A DNA stretch of 63,083 nucleotides, from NCBI GenBank assembly GCA_964600255.1, contig CAZRIX010000006.1, forward strand, positions 1 to 63,083, in the 5' to 3' direction. The notes beneath the pieces are model-generated. The model was given only the letters and a program-made list of their open reading frames with translations. It had not been told where the DNA came from and did no database searches. The translations under genes were made by a program, and so were the position numbers. The number at the start of each line of letters is the position of its first letter. Position 1 is the first letter of the stretch. This document shows, in pieces, positions 35,134 to 43,926 of this stretch. The DNA comes from an uncultured Candidatus Saccharibacteria bacterium. Lineage in GTDB: Bacteria; Patescibacteriota; Minisyncoccia; Phycocordibacterales; PALSA-1337.

Positions 35134-38100
35134 ATGAACGAAAAAGATCTAAAGCAGAACCCAATAGATAACACTAGTCAACCAATCAAGTCAAAAGTCT
35201 CTGAGACCGAGGAGAAGATTCTGGAATATTGGAATAAGAATAATATTTTTAAAAAGAGCCTAGAAAAGCCTTCAAATAAAGGCGAGTTCGTATTCTATGA
35301 TGGACCTCCTTTTGCAACAGGGGAACCACACTACGGCCACGTTGTTCCTGGAACTGTCAAAGATATTATCCCTCGATACAAAACTATGCGAGGATACCAT
35401 GTCCGACGCCGTTGGGGGTGGGATTGTCACGGTCTTCCAGTTGAAAACTTGATAGAGAAGGAGCTAAAACTCGCTTCGAAGAAAGACATAATAGACTATG
35501 GTATAGGTAAGTTCAATGCCGCAGCACAGAATAGTGTGATGCGTTACGCAGATGATTGGAGAAGAATAATTCCTAGACTTGGTCGTTGGGTAGATATGGA
35601 AGATGACTATCGTACGATGGATGCAAGTTACACTGAATCAGTTTGGTGGGCATTTTCAGAATTGTATAAAAAAGGTTTAGTTTATGAAGGATTCAAGTCT
35701 ATGAATCTTTGTCCTCGTTGTGAGACAACACTTTCAAACTTTGAAGTGAGTCAGGGATACAAGGACATAACTGATATTTCAGTTTATGTAAAATTTAAAA
35801 TGGCTGGAGAGCTAAATACATTTTTCTTGGCTTGGACGACAACACCTTGGACATTACCAGGTAACGTTGCTTTGGCGGTGAATCCAAATTTTGAATATAT
35901 AGAAATCGCTAAAGACGGTAGCAAGTATATTTTAGCAAAAGATCTAGCTGCAAAAGTTTTAAAATTTGAAGGAGACGAGTGGATGTCTGGTAAAAAGATT
36001 TATAAAGGCTCTGAACTCGTAGGTAAATCTTATGAACCGGTTTTTGACTATTATGTAAATGATAAGAAATTAAAGAATAGAGAAAATGGTTGGAAGATCT
36101 ATAGTGCGGATTTCGTAACAACCGATAGTGGTACAGGTATAGTACATATAGCACCAGCATTCGGTGCAGATGACTATGATTTGAGTATAAAGAACAATCT
36201 ACCATTTATTCAACATGTAAGTACTGCTGGAGTATTCAAATCTGAAGTTACTGATTTCGCTGGTCAACACGTTAAGCCAAAGGATACAGCGGAGGAAAAG
36301 GATGCTCATCAGAAGGCTGATGTTGAAGTGATAAAGTATTTGGCAAAAAAGGAAGCTCTATTTGCTAAAGAAAAAATTATTCACTCATATCCTCATTGTT
36401 GGAGATGCGATACACCGCTTTTGAATTACGCTACTTCATCATGGTTCGTAAAAGTTACTTCATTCAAAGATAAACTTGTTAAAGAGAATAAGAAAATAAA
36501 ATGGACTCCGACCGAAGTGGGTGAAGGCAGGTTTGGAAACTGGCTAGAAGGTGCGCGTGATTGGGCAATCTCAAGATCTCGTTTCTGGGGAGCGCCTTTG
36601 CCCGTGTGGAAGAATGATAAGACTGGCGAGTGTAAGGTTATAAGTTCAGTTGATGATTTGAGAAAACTAAGTAAATCAAAAAATACATATTACGTATGTA
36701 GACATGGTGAGGCAGACAATAATATAAATGGAATAATAAGTTCCAAGTCTGACAATCCAGATCGTCTAACTGCCAACGGTAAAAAACAAGCTCTAGATGC
36801 TTCAAAGTGGCTCAAGGATAAAAAGATCGATCTAATACTCGTTTCGCCTTTTATCAGAACAAAAGAAACTGCAGAAATAATATCAAAACAAATTGGATTG
36901 AGTGGTGAAAAAGTTCTTGTAGAGGAAAGACTTCATGAACTAAATGGAGGAGTTTGGAATGGAAAACCATTCAAGGATTACGCTGCTCATTTTTCAGGAT
37001 TAAATAGATTTATCGACACTCCTGCCGGTGGAGAAAACTATGTAGATATAAAGAAGAGAGTAGGGGATTTGATCTATGATTTGGAGAAAAAGTATGTCGG
37101 TAAAAATATACTTCTAATATCACACGATACACCTATTTTCTTGTTGGAAGCTGTGGCCAAGGGTTTAGATCGCAAGCAAGCTATAAAGCTCAGAGGAACA
37201 GGTGATCACTATATCCAAAACGGACAACCAAAGGAATTAGAATTTAATCCACTTCCACACAATGCGGAATACGAACTAGATCTTCACCGACCATTTATAG
37301 ATGATGTAGAGTTAACTGATGATAAGGGGGAGAAATTGACTAGAATACCAGAAGTTTTTGATTGCTGGTTTGAGTCAGGTTCTATGCCTTTTGGTGAGGC
37401 TCACTATCCGTTCAACAAAGATGAATTCAATCCAAAGCCAGGTCCGTTCAGTAAAATACTCGGCAAAACAAAAGGTTATCCAGCAGATTTCATCGCTGAA
37501 GGTCTAGATCAGACTAGAGGATGGTTTTATTCCATGCTTGTTCTGGGTGTGGCATTGTTTGGTAAAACTCCATACAAGAGTGTCGTAGTTAATGGGTTGG
37601 TGTTGGCAGAGGATGGACAGAAGATGGCAAAATCAAAGAAGAATTATCCTGACCTAATGTTGGTTGTAAACAAGTTCGGTGCTGATGCTCTACGTTACGT
37701 ACTAATGTCTTCACCTGTCGTTCATGCACAAGACTTTTTGTTCTCAGAAAGACTGGTTGATGAAGTTGTAAAGAAGCACATAGGACGTTTGAATAATGTA
37801 GTTTCATTCTACGAAATGTACGCGACACCTGAGAAGGGAGGAAAGACAGAGATCAAGAGCTCAAATCCTCTAGATATCTGGGTAAAGAATCGCCTAGCCG
37901 AACTGACTTCTGATATAACTAGTGCTCTAGAGAAATACGAAGTTGATAAAGCCGCTCGTCCAATCGCTGATTTCATCGATGATCTCTCAACTTGGTACAT
38001 CAGACGTTCAAGAGATAGGTTCAAGGCTGAAGGTGACAAAGAAGCTGAACTAGATAAAGCTATGGCTTTGGCAACGACTCGTAATGTTTTGCTGGATTTT

Positions 38101-38694
38101 GCAAAACTGATTGCGCCATTTATGCCATTCTTGGCTGAGGATGTTTACCTGAGATTAAAAGGCCCGCTAGAAAGTGTACATCTTGAATCATGGCCAGAGA
38201 ATACTAAAGTCGATACAAAAATAAACGAAGCTATGCAGGATGCGAGAAAACTTACATCTATGGCTATGGAGGCACGTATGAAAGCAAAAATAAATGTTCG
38301 CCAACCACTCGCAAAATTAATAGTTAAAACCAAGTTCCCAGAATCTCTAGTTGAGATAATCAAAGACGAGGTTAATGTTAAAGAGGTGGTAACAGATACT
38401 ACTCTAACTGTAGATGTTTCTCTTGATACAAATATAACTCCAGAATTAAAAGAAGAAGGATTGGTTCGCGAACTGATACGTTCTATACAAGATTTAAGAA
38501 AGGGTAAAGGTCTAACTATCAAGGATAGGGTAGTGCTTGTTGTAGATACTGATAGTTCGGTGGCTGAATTGATTAAAAAGAATACTGCTGTCATCTCAAG
38601 CACAACTCTATTGAAGGATATCGTATTTAAATCTCTGTCTGTAGAATCAGTAAGTGTCGGAGAATATACTATAAAGATTGATATAGAAAAATAG
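35134..38694 (+). CDS. ileS: isoleucine--tRNA ligase carrying an inserted histidine-phosphatase (PGAM-like) domain
   Basis: HYGH (HIGH), KMAKS (KMSKS), WAISRSRFWGAPLPVW, CWFESGSMP. An insert of about 185 aa with RHGEADNN and LISHDTPI lies between the last two core motifs. Confidence 0.9.
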   Translation: MNEKDLKQNPIDNTSQPIKSKVSETEEKILEYWNKNNIFKKSLEKPSNKGEFVFYDGPPFATGEPHYGHVVPGTVKDIIPRYKTMRGYHVRRRWGWDCHGLPVENLIEKELKLASKKDIIDYGIGKFNAAAQNSVMRYADDWRRIIPRLGRWVDMEDDYRTMDASYTESVWWAFSELYKKGLVYEGFKSMNLCPRCETTLSNFEVSQGYKDITDISVYVKFKMAGELNTFFLAWTTTPWTLPGNVALAVNPNFEYIEIAKDGSKYILAKDLAAKVLKFEGDEWMSGKKIYKGSELVGKSYEPVFDYYVNDKKLKNRENGWKIYSADFVTTDSGTGIVHIAPAFGADDYDLSIKNNLPFIQHVSTAGVFKSEVTDFAGQHVKPKDTAEEKDAHQKADVEVIKYLAKKEALFAKEKIIHSYPHCWRCDTPLLNYATSSWFVKVTSFKDKLVKENKKIKWTPTEVGEGRFGNWLEGARDWAISRSRFWGAPLPVWKNDKTGECKVISSVDDLRKLSKSKNTYYVCRHGEADNNINGIISSKSDNPDRLTANGKKQALDASKWLKDKKIDLILVSPFIRTKETAEIISKQIGLSGEKVLVEERLHELNGGVWNGKPFKDYAAHFSGLNRFIDTPAGGENYVDIKKRVGDLIYDLEKKYVGKNILLISHDTPIFLLEAVAKGLDRKQAIKLRGTGDHYIQNGQPKELEFNPLPHNAEYELDLHRPFIDDVELTDDKGEKLTRIPEVFDCWFESGSMPFGEAHYPFNKDEFNPKPGPFSKILGKTKGYPADFIAEGLDQTRGWFYSMLVLGVALFGKTPYKSVVVNGLVLAEDGQKMAKSKKNYPDLMLVVNKFGADALRYVLMSSPVVHAQDFLFSERLVDEVVKKHIGRLNNVVSFYEMYATPEKGGKTEIKSSNPLDIWVKNRLAELTSDITSALEKYEVDKAARPIADFIDDLSTWYIRRSRDRFKAEGDKEAELDKAMALATTRNVLLDFAKLIAPFMPFLAEDVYLRLKGPLESVHLESWPENTKVDTKINEAMQDARKLTSMAMEARMKAKINVRQPLAKLIVKTKFPESLVEIIKDEVNVKEVVTDTTLTVDVSLDTNITPELKEEGLVRELIRSIQDLRKGKGLTIKDRVVLVVDTDSSVAELIKKNTAVISSTTLLKDIVFKSLSVESVSVGEYTIKIDIEK

Positions 38695-38723
38695 TTATTG
38701 GTTTTATTGGATCGAAAAATACA

Positions 38724-38965
38724 AAAGAAAAAGGATGCGTACCTTGCGATACGCACCCCATCGGACCGAGTCCCTTCGACCCTACGGTCCGGAATCGACG
38801 GGCCGCGCACCCGAGACGGTGCGCGGCTTTCGGGTCGTCCCTTGCACCCTCCGACCCGAAAAAGACCTAGACCTCGCACCCCTATGACTTGTTGAGGTGA
38901 CTTCAACTCCCCCTTTCCCCAAGGGTGCGAGGCCGGATCATTGCTGCCAAGCGTCAACTGATCCG
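38724..38965 (-). ncRNA. candidate structured non-coding RNA (about 240 nt, very G+C-rich), family not recognised
   Basis: Minus-strand TTGACA, 17-nt spacer, TAACTT promoter (38971-38999). Five perfect 7-10 bp stems plus a terminal hairpin with a T-run. No credible ORF. Two loops share AGGGT(GC/CG)AAGGGA. Confidence 0.55.
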
Positions 38966-39087
38966 ATAATAAGTTACCACTATATATCTATAGTGTCAAC
39001 TATTTTTAGCTATTCTAAATAGCATATAATAAGCGTGTCATTAAATCCTTAAATACAGCCATTTATTGGCGATTATATTTAATCAAA

Positions 39088-39642
39088 ATGCATCATGTCT
39101 ATACAACGAAAGCTTTTGTGATTCACAGCAGCCCACATGGAGAGTCTGGTAAATTTTTGCTACTTTTTACAAAAGATTTTGGGATGATAGGTGCTACAGC
39201 ACAGGGAATACGTTTGATTCAGTCAAAACTCAGATATCATATACAGGATTCTAGCTACTCTAGTGTGTCTGTCGTCCGGGGTAAGGAAGTGTGGAGACTT
39301 ACGGGAGCACAGGAGTTATCAGGAAAGAAAAGTAATCTCCTGTATCTGCGGGTTCTAAAGGTTTTGCGCAGATTGATTCCTGGAGAAGATAAGAATGAAA
39401 ATATATTTTCGATTATCGAAGAATTGTATTCGACGGATATTGTCGAGGGTGATTACGATACAGTAGAGGGTATTACAGTTCTTAGAATTTTGTACTATCT
39501 AGGTTACATAAGAGATAGTGAAGATGTCTCGGTTTTTCTAGGTGGTAACTCTATCAACTCGGATCTGATTTCTACCTTTAATGAACGCAAGACTAGACTG
39601 ATTAAAATCATAAATGAAAGTCTAAAGCAGACTCAACTATAG
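39088..39642 (+). CDS. recO: DNA repair protein RecO (short form)
   Basis: The N-terminal OB-fold pattern TKAFVIHSSPHGESGKFLLLFTKDFGMIGATAQGIR resembles RecO. Confidence 0.6.
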   Translation: MHHVYTTKAFVIHSSPHGESGKFLLLFTKDFGMIGATAQGIRLIQSKLRYHIQDSSYSSVSVVRGKEVWRLTGAQELSGKKSNLLYLRVLKVLRRLIPGEDKNENIFSIIEELYSTDIVEGDYDTVEGITVLRILYYLGYIRDSEDVSVFLGGNSINSDLISTFNERKTRLIKIINESLKQTQL

Positions 39643-39669
39643 ATAATATCGTGTTATAATGTTCTCATT

Positions 39670-41604
39670 ATGAATCCAGACGATAAGAGTAAGATCGATG
39701 AACTCAATAGGGGATTGTATTCAAGAAACACTCCAGATATCAGAACAAAAAGACGACTGAGGTTTCAGGAAGATAATACTGATGTTGAGTCTGATTGGAA
39801 ACATCCAGTAGAGGAGAGTGTTACAAGTAATACAACCGAGGAATATAAAGATAGTGGTATGTCATTTTTAACAAAAATTCTAATTTCATCAATAATTTTC
39901 TTTATACTAGCGCTAGGTGTCGGTGCTCTACTTGTATTTCATGGTAACAATGTCGTTTCAGCGAACAACGTAGATATAAATATAAATGGCCCGGTTTCGG
40001 TTGCAGCAGGTGAAAAAGTTTCCTTTGAAATACAAGTTGCCAATCATAACAACATAACACTTCAAACAGTAGACTTGTCTGTTGATTTTCCAACAGGAAC
40101 TATTGATGTTGTAGATAAGAATAAGTCACTATCAAATACCAGAGAACTAATACCAGATATTGTGGGTGGTGGTGTGGGGCAAAAGACTGTGAATGTAATA
40201 ATGTACGGACAAGAGAATACAACGAAACAAATAAAGGTTTTGGTTGAGTACAGAGTCCAAGGATCAAATGCAGTATTCCAGAAGGAAAAAGTTTTTGATG
40301 TTCTCATTGCATCTTCGCCACTAAACTTAACCGTCTCAGCGTTTAAAGAAGTAAATGCAGGACAAGAATTTGAACTATCTGTGAATCTAGTATCGAATTC
40401 AAAAGAGGTAATCAACAATCTGATATTACACGCTATATATCCCTTTGGATTTACTTTTATTTCATCTGATATAAAGCCAGGATCAAACAATAATGTATGG
40501 AGAATAGGTGACATCCCTCCAGGAGGTAAAAGGGTGGTCAAAATAAAGGGTAAGCTTGATGCACAAAATGACGAAGTCAGGGTGTTTAGATTTAGTTTGG
40601 GTGCTGGAAAGACAAACAATGATAACCAGATCGCAACTGAGTTCGTTTCAAGTTCACAAGAAGTATCTATAACCAAGCCATTCATGACTATAGGCGTTTC
40701 CATAAACGGCGATGAGAATTCAAAGGAATTCGCTGGTCAGTTCGACTCGCCAGTTAAAGTTGATATTGGGTATTTTAACAACCTGCAGACACCAGTAATA
40801 GATGGTGAGATACGTGTGAAGCTGTCAGGATCTGCTTTTGATAAAGTGCAAGTTGAGCCACAAGATGGATTGTATCAGTCCGCAACCAATGAAATAGTTT
40901 GGAATAGTGTCACATCTCGAGAATTAAATACAATCGAAGCTGGTGGTAACGGCCGAGTTACTTTCAGTGTAACTCCAAGAGATTTGAGTAACTCAGCAAA
41001 GCTCATCACAAACCCTGACTTGAATATCAATGTTAATATAAAAGGAAAGAGAAACTCAGAATCGAATGTTCCAGAAAGTATAGTATCTACAGCATCAAGA
41101 AGGGTAAAGATATCATCTGGATTAGCACTTGGCGGTCAGATACTGAGAGCTTCTGGTCCTATACAGAACTCTGGTCCAATCCCACCAAAAGCAGAGCAAA
41201 CAACTACATACACCGTAGTCTGGACCGTTGATAATACAGTAAATACTTTGAGTAATGTTGTTGTACAATCATCATTACCACCAAATGTTAAATGGGTCGG
41301 CACGGTTTCTCCAACGAATGAAGACGTAAGATATGATCCAATTACTGGAGGTCTTGAATGGAGTGTCGGTAGTATACAAACCTATACAGCCGGGACAGCA
41401 AAGAGGCGACAAGTTGCATTCCAAGTATCAATAACACCAGCAATAAACCAAGTAGGGTCAATACTAAACTTGGTCAATGCAACTACACTAACAGCGGTAG
41501 ATGACTTTACAGGTCAAACATTAAAGAGTAATCTAGGAGTACTGACAACCAGATTTAGTACAGATCCAGGATTTAAGGAGGGAGATGAAAAGGTAAATAG
41601 ATAA
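39670..41604 (+). CDS. large membrane-anchored extracellular protein with Ig-like/CARDB-like repeats
   Basis: One N-terminal TM helix (ILISSIIFFILALGVGALLVF), followed by beta-rich repeated segments. Confidence 0.55.
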   Translation: MNPDDKSKIDELNRGLYSRNTPDIRTKRRLRFQEDNTDVESDWKHPVEESVTSNTTEEYKDSGMSFLTKILISSIIFFILALGVGALLVFHGNNVVSANNVDININGPVSVAAGEKVSFEIQVANHNNITLQTVDLSVDFPTGTIDVVDKNKSLSNTRELIPDIVGGGVGQKTVNVIMYGQENTTKQIKVLVEYRVQGSNAVFQKEKVFDVLIASSPLNLTVSAFKEVNAGQEFELSVNLVSNSKEVINNLILHAIYPFGFTFISSDIKPGSNNNVWRIGDIPPGGKRVVKIKGKLDAQNDEVRVFRFSLGAGKTNNDNQIATEFVSSSQEVSITKPFMTIGVSINGDENSKEFAGQFDSPVKVDIGYFNNLQTPVIDGEIRVKLSGSAFDKVQVEPQDGLYQSATNEIVWNSVTSRELNTIEAGGNGRVTFSVTPRDLSNSAKLITNPDLNINVNIKGKRNSESNVPESIVSTASRRVKISSGLALGGQILRASGPIQNSGPIPPKAEQTTTYTVVWTVDNTVNTLSNVVVQSSLPPNVKWVGTVSPTNEDVRYDPITGGLEWSVGSIQTYTAGTAKRRQVAFQVSITPAINQVGSILNLVNATTLTAVDDFTGQTLKSNLGVLTTRFSTDPGFKEGDEKVNR

Positions 41605-41611
41605 TAAATAT

Positions 41612-42982
41612 ATGGCAAAAGAAGAGACAAAAATGGAGAAAATAATATCACTCTGCAAAAGACGCGGCTTTGTTTTTCAAGGATCTGAGATATACGGAGG
41701 ACTTGCTGGAACTTGGGATTACGGACCTTACGGAGTTACTCTAAAGAACAACATTACATCTCTATGGTGGAATAGATTCGTCGATACTCGGGATGATATG
41801 TATGGTGTAGATGCGGCTATACTTATGCATCAGAATGTATGGAAGGCTAGTGGTCATGTTGGTGGATTCTCTGATCCATTGGTTACAGATGTTAAAACAA
41901 ATAAAAGATTCAGAGCAGATCATTTGCTAGAAGAGATGGGTGTAGATCCAAAGGGAATGACTCTAGAGCAGATGAATGCTGTGTTTAAAGAAAAGAAAAT
42001 TAAGAGTCCAGATGGTAACGATGTAAGTGATGTAAAGCAATTCAACATGATGTTTAAGACTAATGTTGGAGCACTACAGGATGATTCTTCTATTTCATAT
42101 CTTAGACCTGAAACCGCACAAGGACTTTTTGTTAATTTTAAAAACATCATAGACACTTTCCATCCAAAGCTTCCTTTTGGTTTGGCTCAAATAGGTAAAG
42201 CTTTCAGGAATGAGATTGCTCCAAGAGATTTCATTTTCCGTGTACGTGAACTTGAACAAATGGAGATCGAATATTTTGTTAAGCCTGAAGACTATAAAAA
42301 AACTTTCGATAAGTTTTTGCAAGAACAGAAAGATTTTTTGATAAATGATCTTGGACTAGATGCTAGTCATATACATGAAGTGGAGATACCAGATGCGGAT
42401 AGGGCACACTATTCAAAGAGAAGTGTGGATCATGAATTCGATTTTCCATTTGGCCAAAAGGAATTGCTAGGACTCGCATATCGAACAGATTTTGATCTAA
42501 AGCAGCATACTGAACATAGTGGTACAGATTTGTCATACTATGATGAGGAGACAAAAGAGAGATTCATACCCCACTGTATCGAACCAACTTTCGGCGTAGG
42601 AAGATTGATGTTAGCTGTGCTTTCAGATGCCTATACAGAAGATATTATAGATGGAGAGACACGAGTGTATTTGAAATTGTCTCCAAAAGTAGCTCCAGTT
42701 AAGGTTGCTGTTTTCCCGCTACTAAAGAACAAGCCAATGTTGATTGAAAAAGCACAGGAAGTTTATAAAATGCTAAAGAAAGATATAAAGGGTGTAGCTT
42801 TTGACGATAACGGAAACATAGGTAAGAGATATAGAAGACAAGATGAGATAGGAACACCATACTGTGTGACTATAGATTTCGATACAGTAGAAAAAGATGC
42901 AGGAGTTACAGTACGTAATCGTGACACAGGTAAGCAGGAGAGGGTGAAGATAGAAGAGTTGACAAGTTATCTAAAAATCTAG
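41612..42982 (+). CDS. glyQS: glycine--tRNA ligase (dimeric class II type)
   Basis: RRGFVFQGSEIYGGLAGTWDYGPYG, FRNEIAPRDFIFRVRELEQMEIEYF. Confidence 0.9.
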   Translation: MAKEETKMEKIISLCKRRGFVFQGSEIYGGLAGTWDYGPYGVTLKNNITSLWWNRFVDTRDDMYGVDAAILMHQNVWKASGHVGGFSDPLVTDVKTNKRFRADHLLEEMGVDPKGMTLEQMNAVFKEKKIKSPDGNDVSDVKQFNMMFKTNVGALQDDSSISYLRPETAQGLFVNFKNIIDTFHPKLPFGLAQIGKAFRNEIAPRDFIFRVRELEQMEIEYFVKPEDYKKTFDKFLQEQKDFLINDLGLDASHIHEVEIPDADRAHYSKRSVDHEFDFPFGQKELLGLAYRTDFDLKQHTEHSGTDLSYYDEETKERFIPHCIEPTFGVGRLMLAVLSDAYTEDIIDGETRVYLKLSPKVAPVKVAVFPLLKNKPMLIEKAQEVYKMLKKDIKGVAFDDNGNIGKRYRRQDEIGTPYCVTIDFDTVEKDAGVTVRNRDTGKQERVKIEELTSYLKI

Positions 42983-43125
42983 TATTGTTTGAAAAGATAG
43001 ATCTTTGATTACTTTCGCTATAGCAGAGAGTGGCCAATTCTGGCTATTTTCTGCTGTGGCGAAGGGTGAAAGATTCCCGAGCTTCAGTATGTATCAAAAT
43101 AACCCTTGAGGGGAAAGATTGGTTC

Positions 43126-43830
43126 ATGTCAGATGACACGGTCAAATCCATTATTCGAGCCTTACAAGATGTTCCACCGAAAAGATTGAAATCGGTATTG
43201 AAATATGTTAGTCGTCAACAGATCGGCACTAGCGATGGCCGCTTTAGATTTGGTGGATTCTATGCACCCGATGATCCATGTGATGAGGTAGAAAAAGCCG
43301 AAGCCAGACGAAAAATTGCTCCTTACCAAACAGTAACGGTTGGAGGTGTGACTGTGACAGAATTACTCGATACTGCTATTCACAGTAAAGAAAGTGCTAA
43401 ACGGTGTGTTATTGGCGATGCACGTGATATCATCACCTCTCCTAAGTTTCAAGTATCGTCTTCTTGCAGTAGCGTGTCGTTTGTAGAGTTAACACCAGGA
43501 GAACTCGGCTTTAAGCGGTGTCCAAGTATGGATATGGTTATGACGAAAGAGTTTTGCGCTAGATGGTCGCAAGCCAAACTTGATAGTTGCGCCATAGATT
43601 TATGTGAGCCGGAGGACGCTATACAACTCCTTATTCAGTATAGAGGAGCACCGAAAGGTGCCGTAGCGCTTTTTTCAATGCCAAGTCAGGTCGATCCGCA
43701 CGGCTTCAAATGCATATTTCGTGTTAGCGGAAGGGATGAATCTCTGATCATCCTAGATACGGTATGCTGTCACCCAAAACGTACTTTTGGTCTAGATGAC
43801 TACTTAGTTTTTCGTCTCGTCCAAAGGTAG
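43126..43830 (+). CDS. orphan Cys-rich protein (P5, G+C-richer cassette)
   Basis: 234 aa counted from ATG 43126; the track ORF starts at GTG 43030. About 10 Cys, no recognisable motif, own terminator. Confidence 0.5.
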   Translation: MSDDTVKSIIRALQDVPPKRLKSVLKYVSRQQIGTSDGRFRFGGFYAPDDPCDEVEKAEARRKIAPYQTVTVGGVTVTELLDTAIHSKESAKRCVIGDARDIITSPKFQVSSSCSSVSFVELTPGELGFKRCPSMDMVMTKEFCARWSQAKLDSCAIDLCEPEDAIQLLIQYRGAPKGAVALFSMPSQVDPHGFKCIFRVSGRDESLIILDTVCCHPKRTFGLDDYLVFRLVQR

Positions 43831-43843
43831 GTCCTTATATTGA

Positions 43844-43880
43844 CCCCAGTCTGCATCAACAGACCTGGGGTTGATTTTTT
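43844..43880 (+). terminator. intrinsic terminator of P5
   Basis: CCCCAGTCTG-CATCAA-CAGACCTGGGG, then TTGATTTTTTT. Confidence 0.75.
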
Positions 43881-43926
43881 TATGTAAAAACTAGTATCTT
43901 ATCTAAATATCTAGTAGTATTTAGTG

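Noticed and set aside
38145-38957. 270-aa minus-strand ORF overlapping the ileS 3' end and the G+C-rich block. The 65-aa + ORF at 38698-38895 was considered with it.
   Set aside because: It is antisense to a well-supported ileS. The part outside ileS is Arg/Gly/Pro low-complexity sequence produced by translating stem-loop DNA. The region is better explained as structured RNA.
38724-38965. Attempt to identify the G+C-rich RNA block as RNase P RNA, tmRNA, SRP RNA, 6S RNA, a retron msr/msd or an IscB/TnpB omega-RNA.
   Set aside because: There is no GAGGAAAGUCC/ACAGAA P4 element, no tRNA-like end or tag ORF, and no GGAA/AGCAGC helix-8 motif. The ends do not pair into a 6S-like rod. No RT, IscB or TnpB gene is adjacent. 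A proper covariance-model search is still needed.
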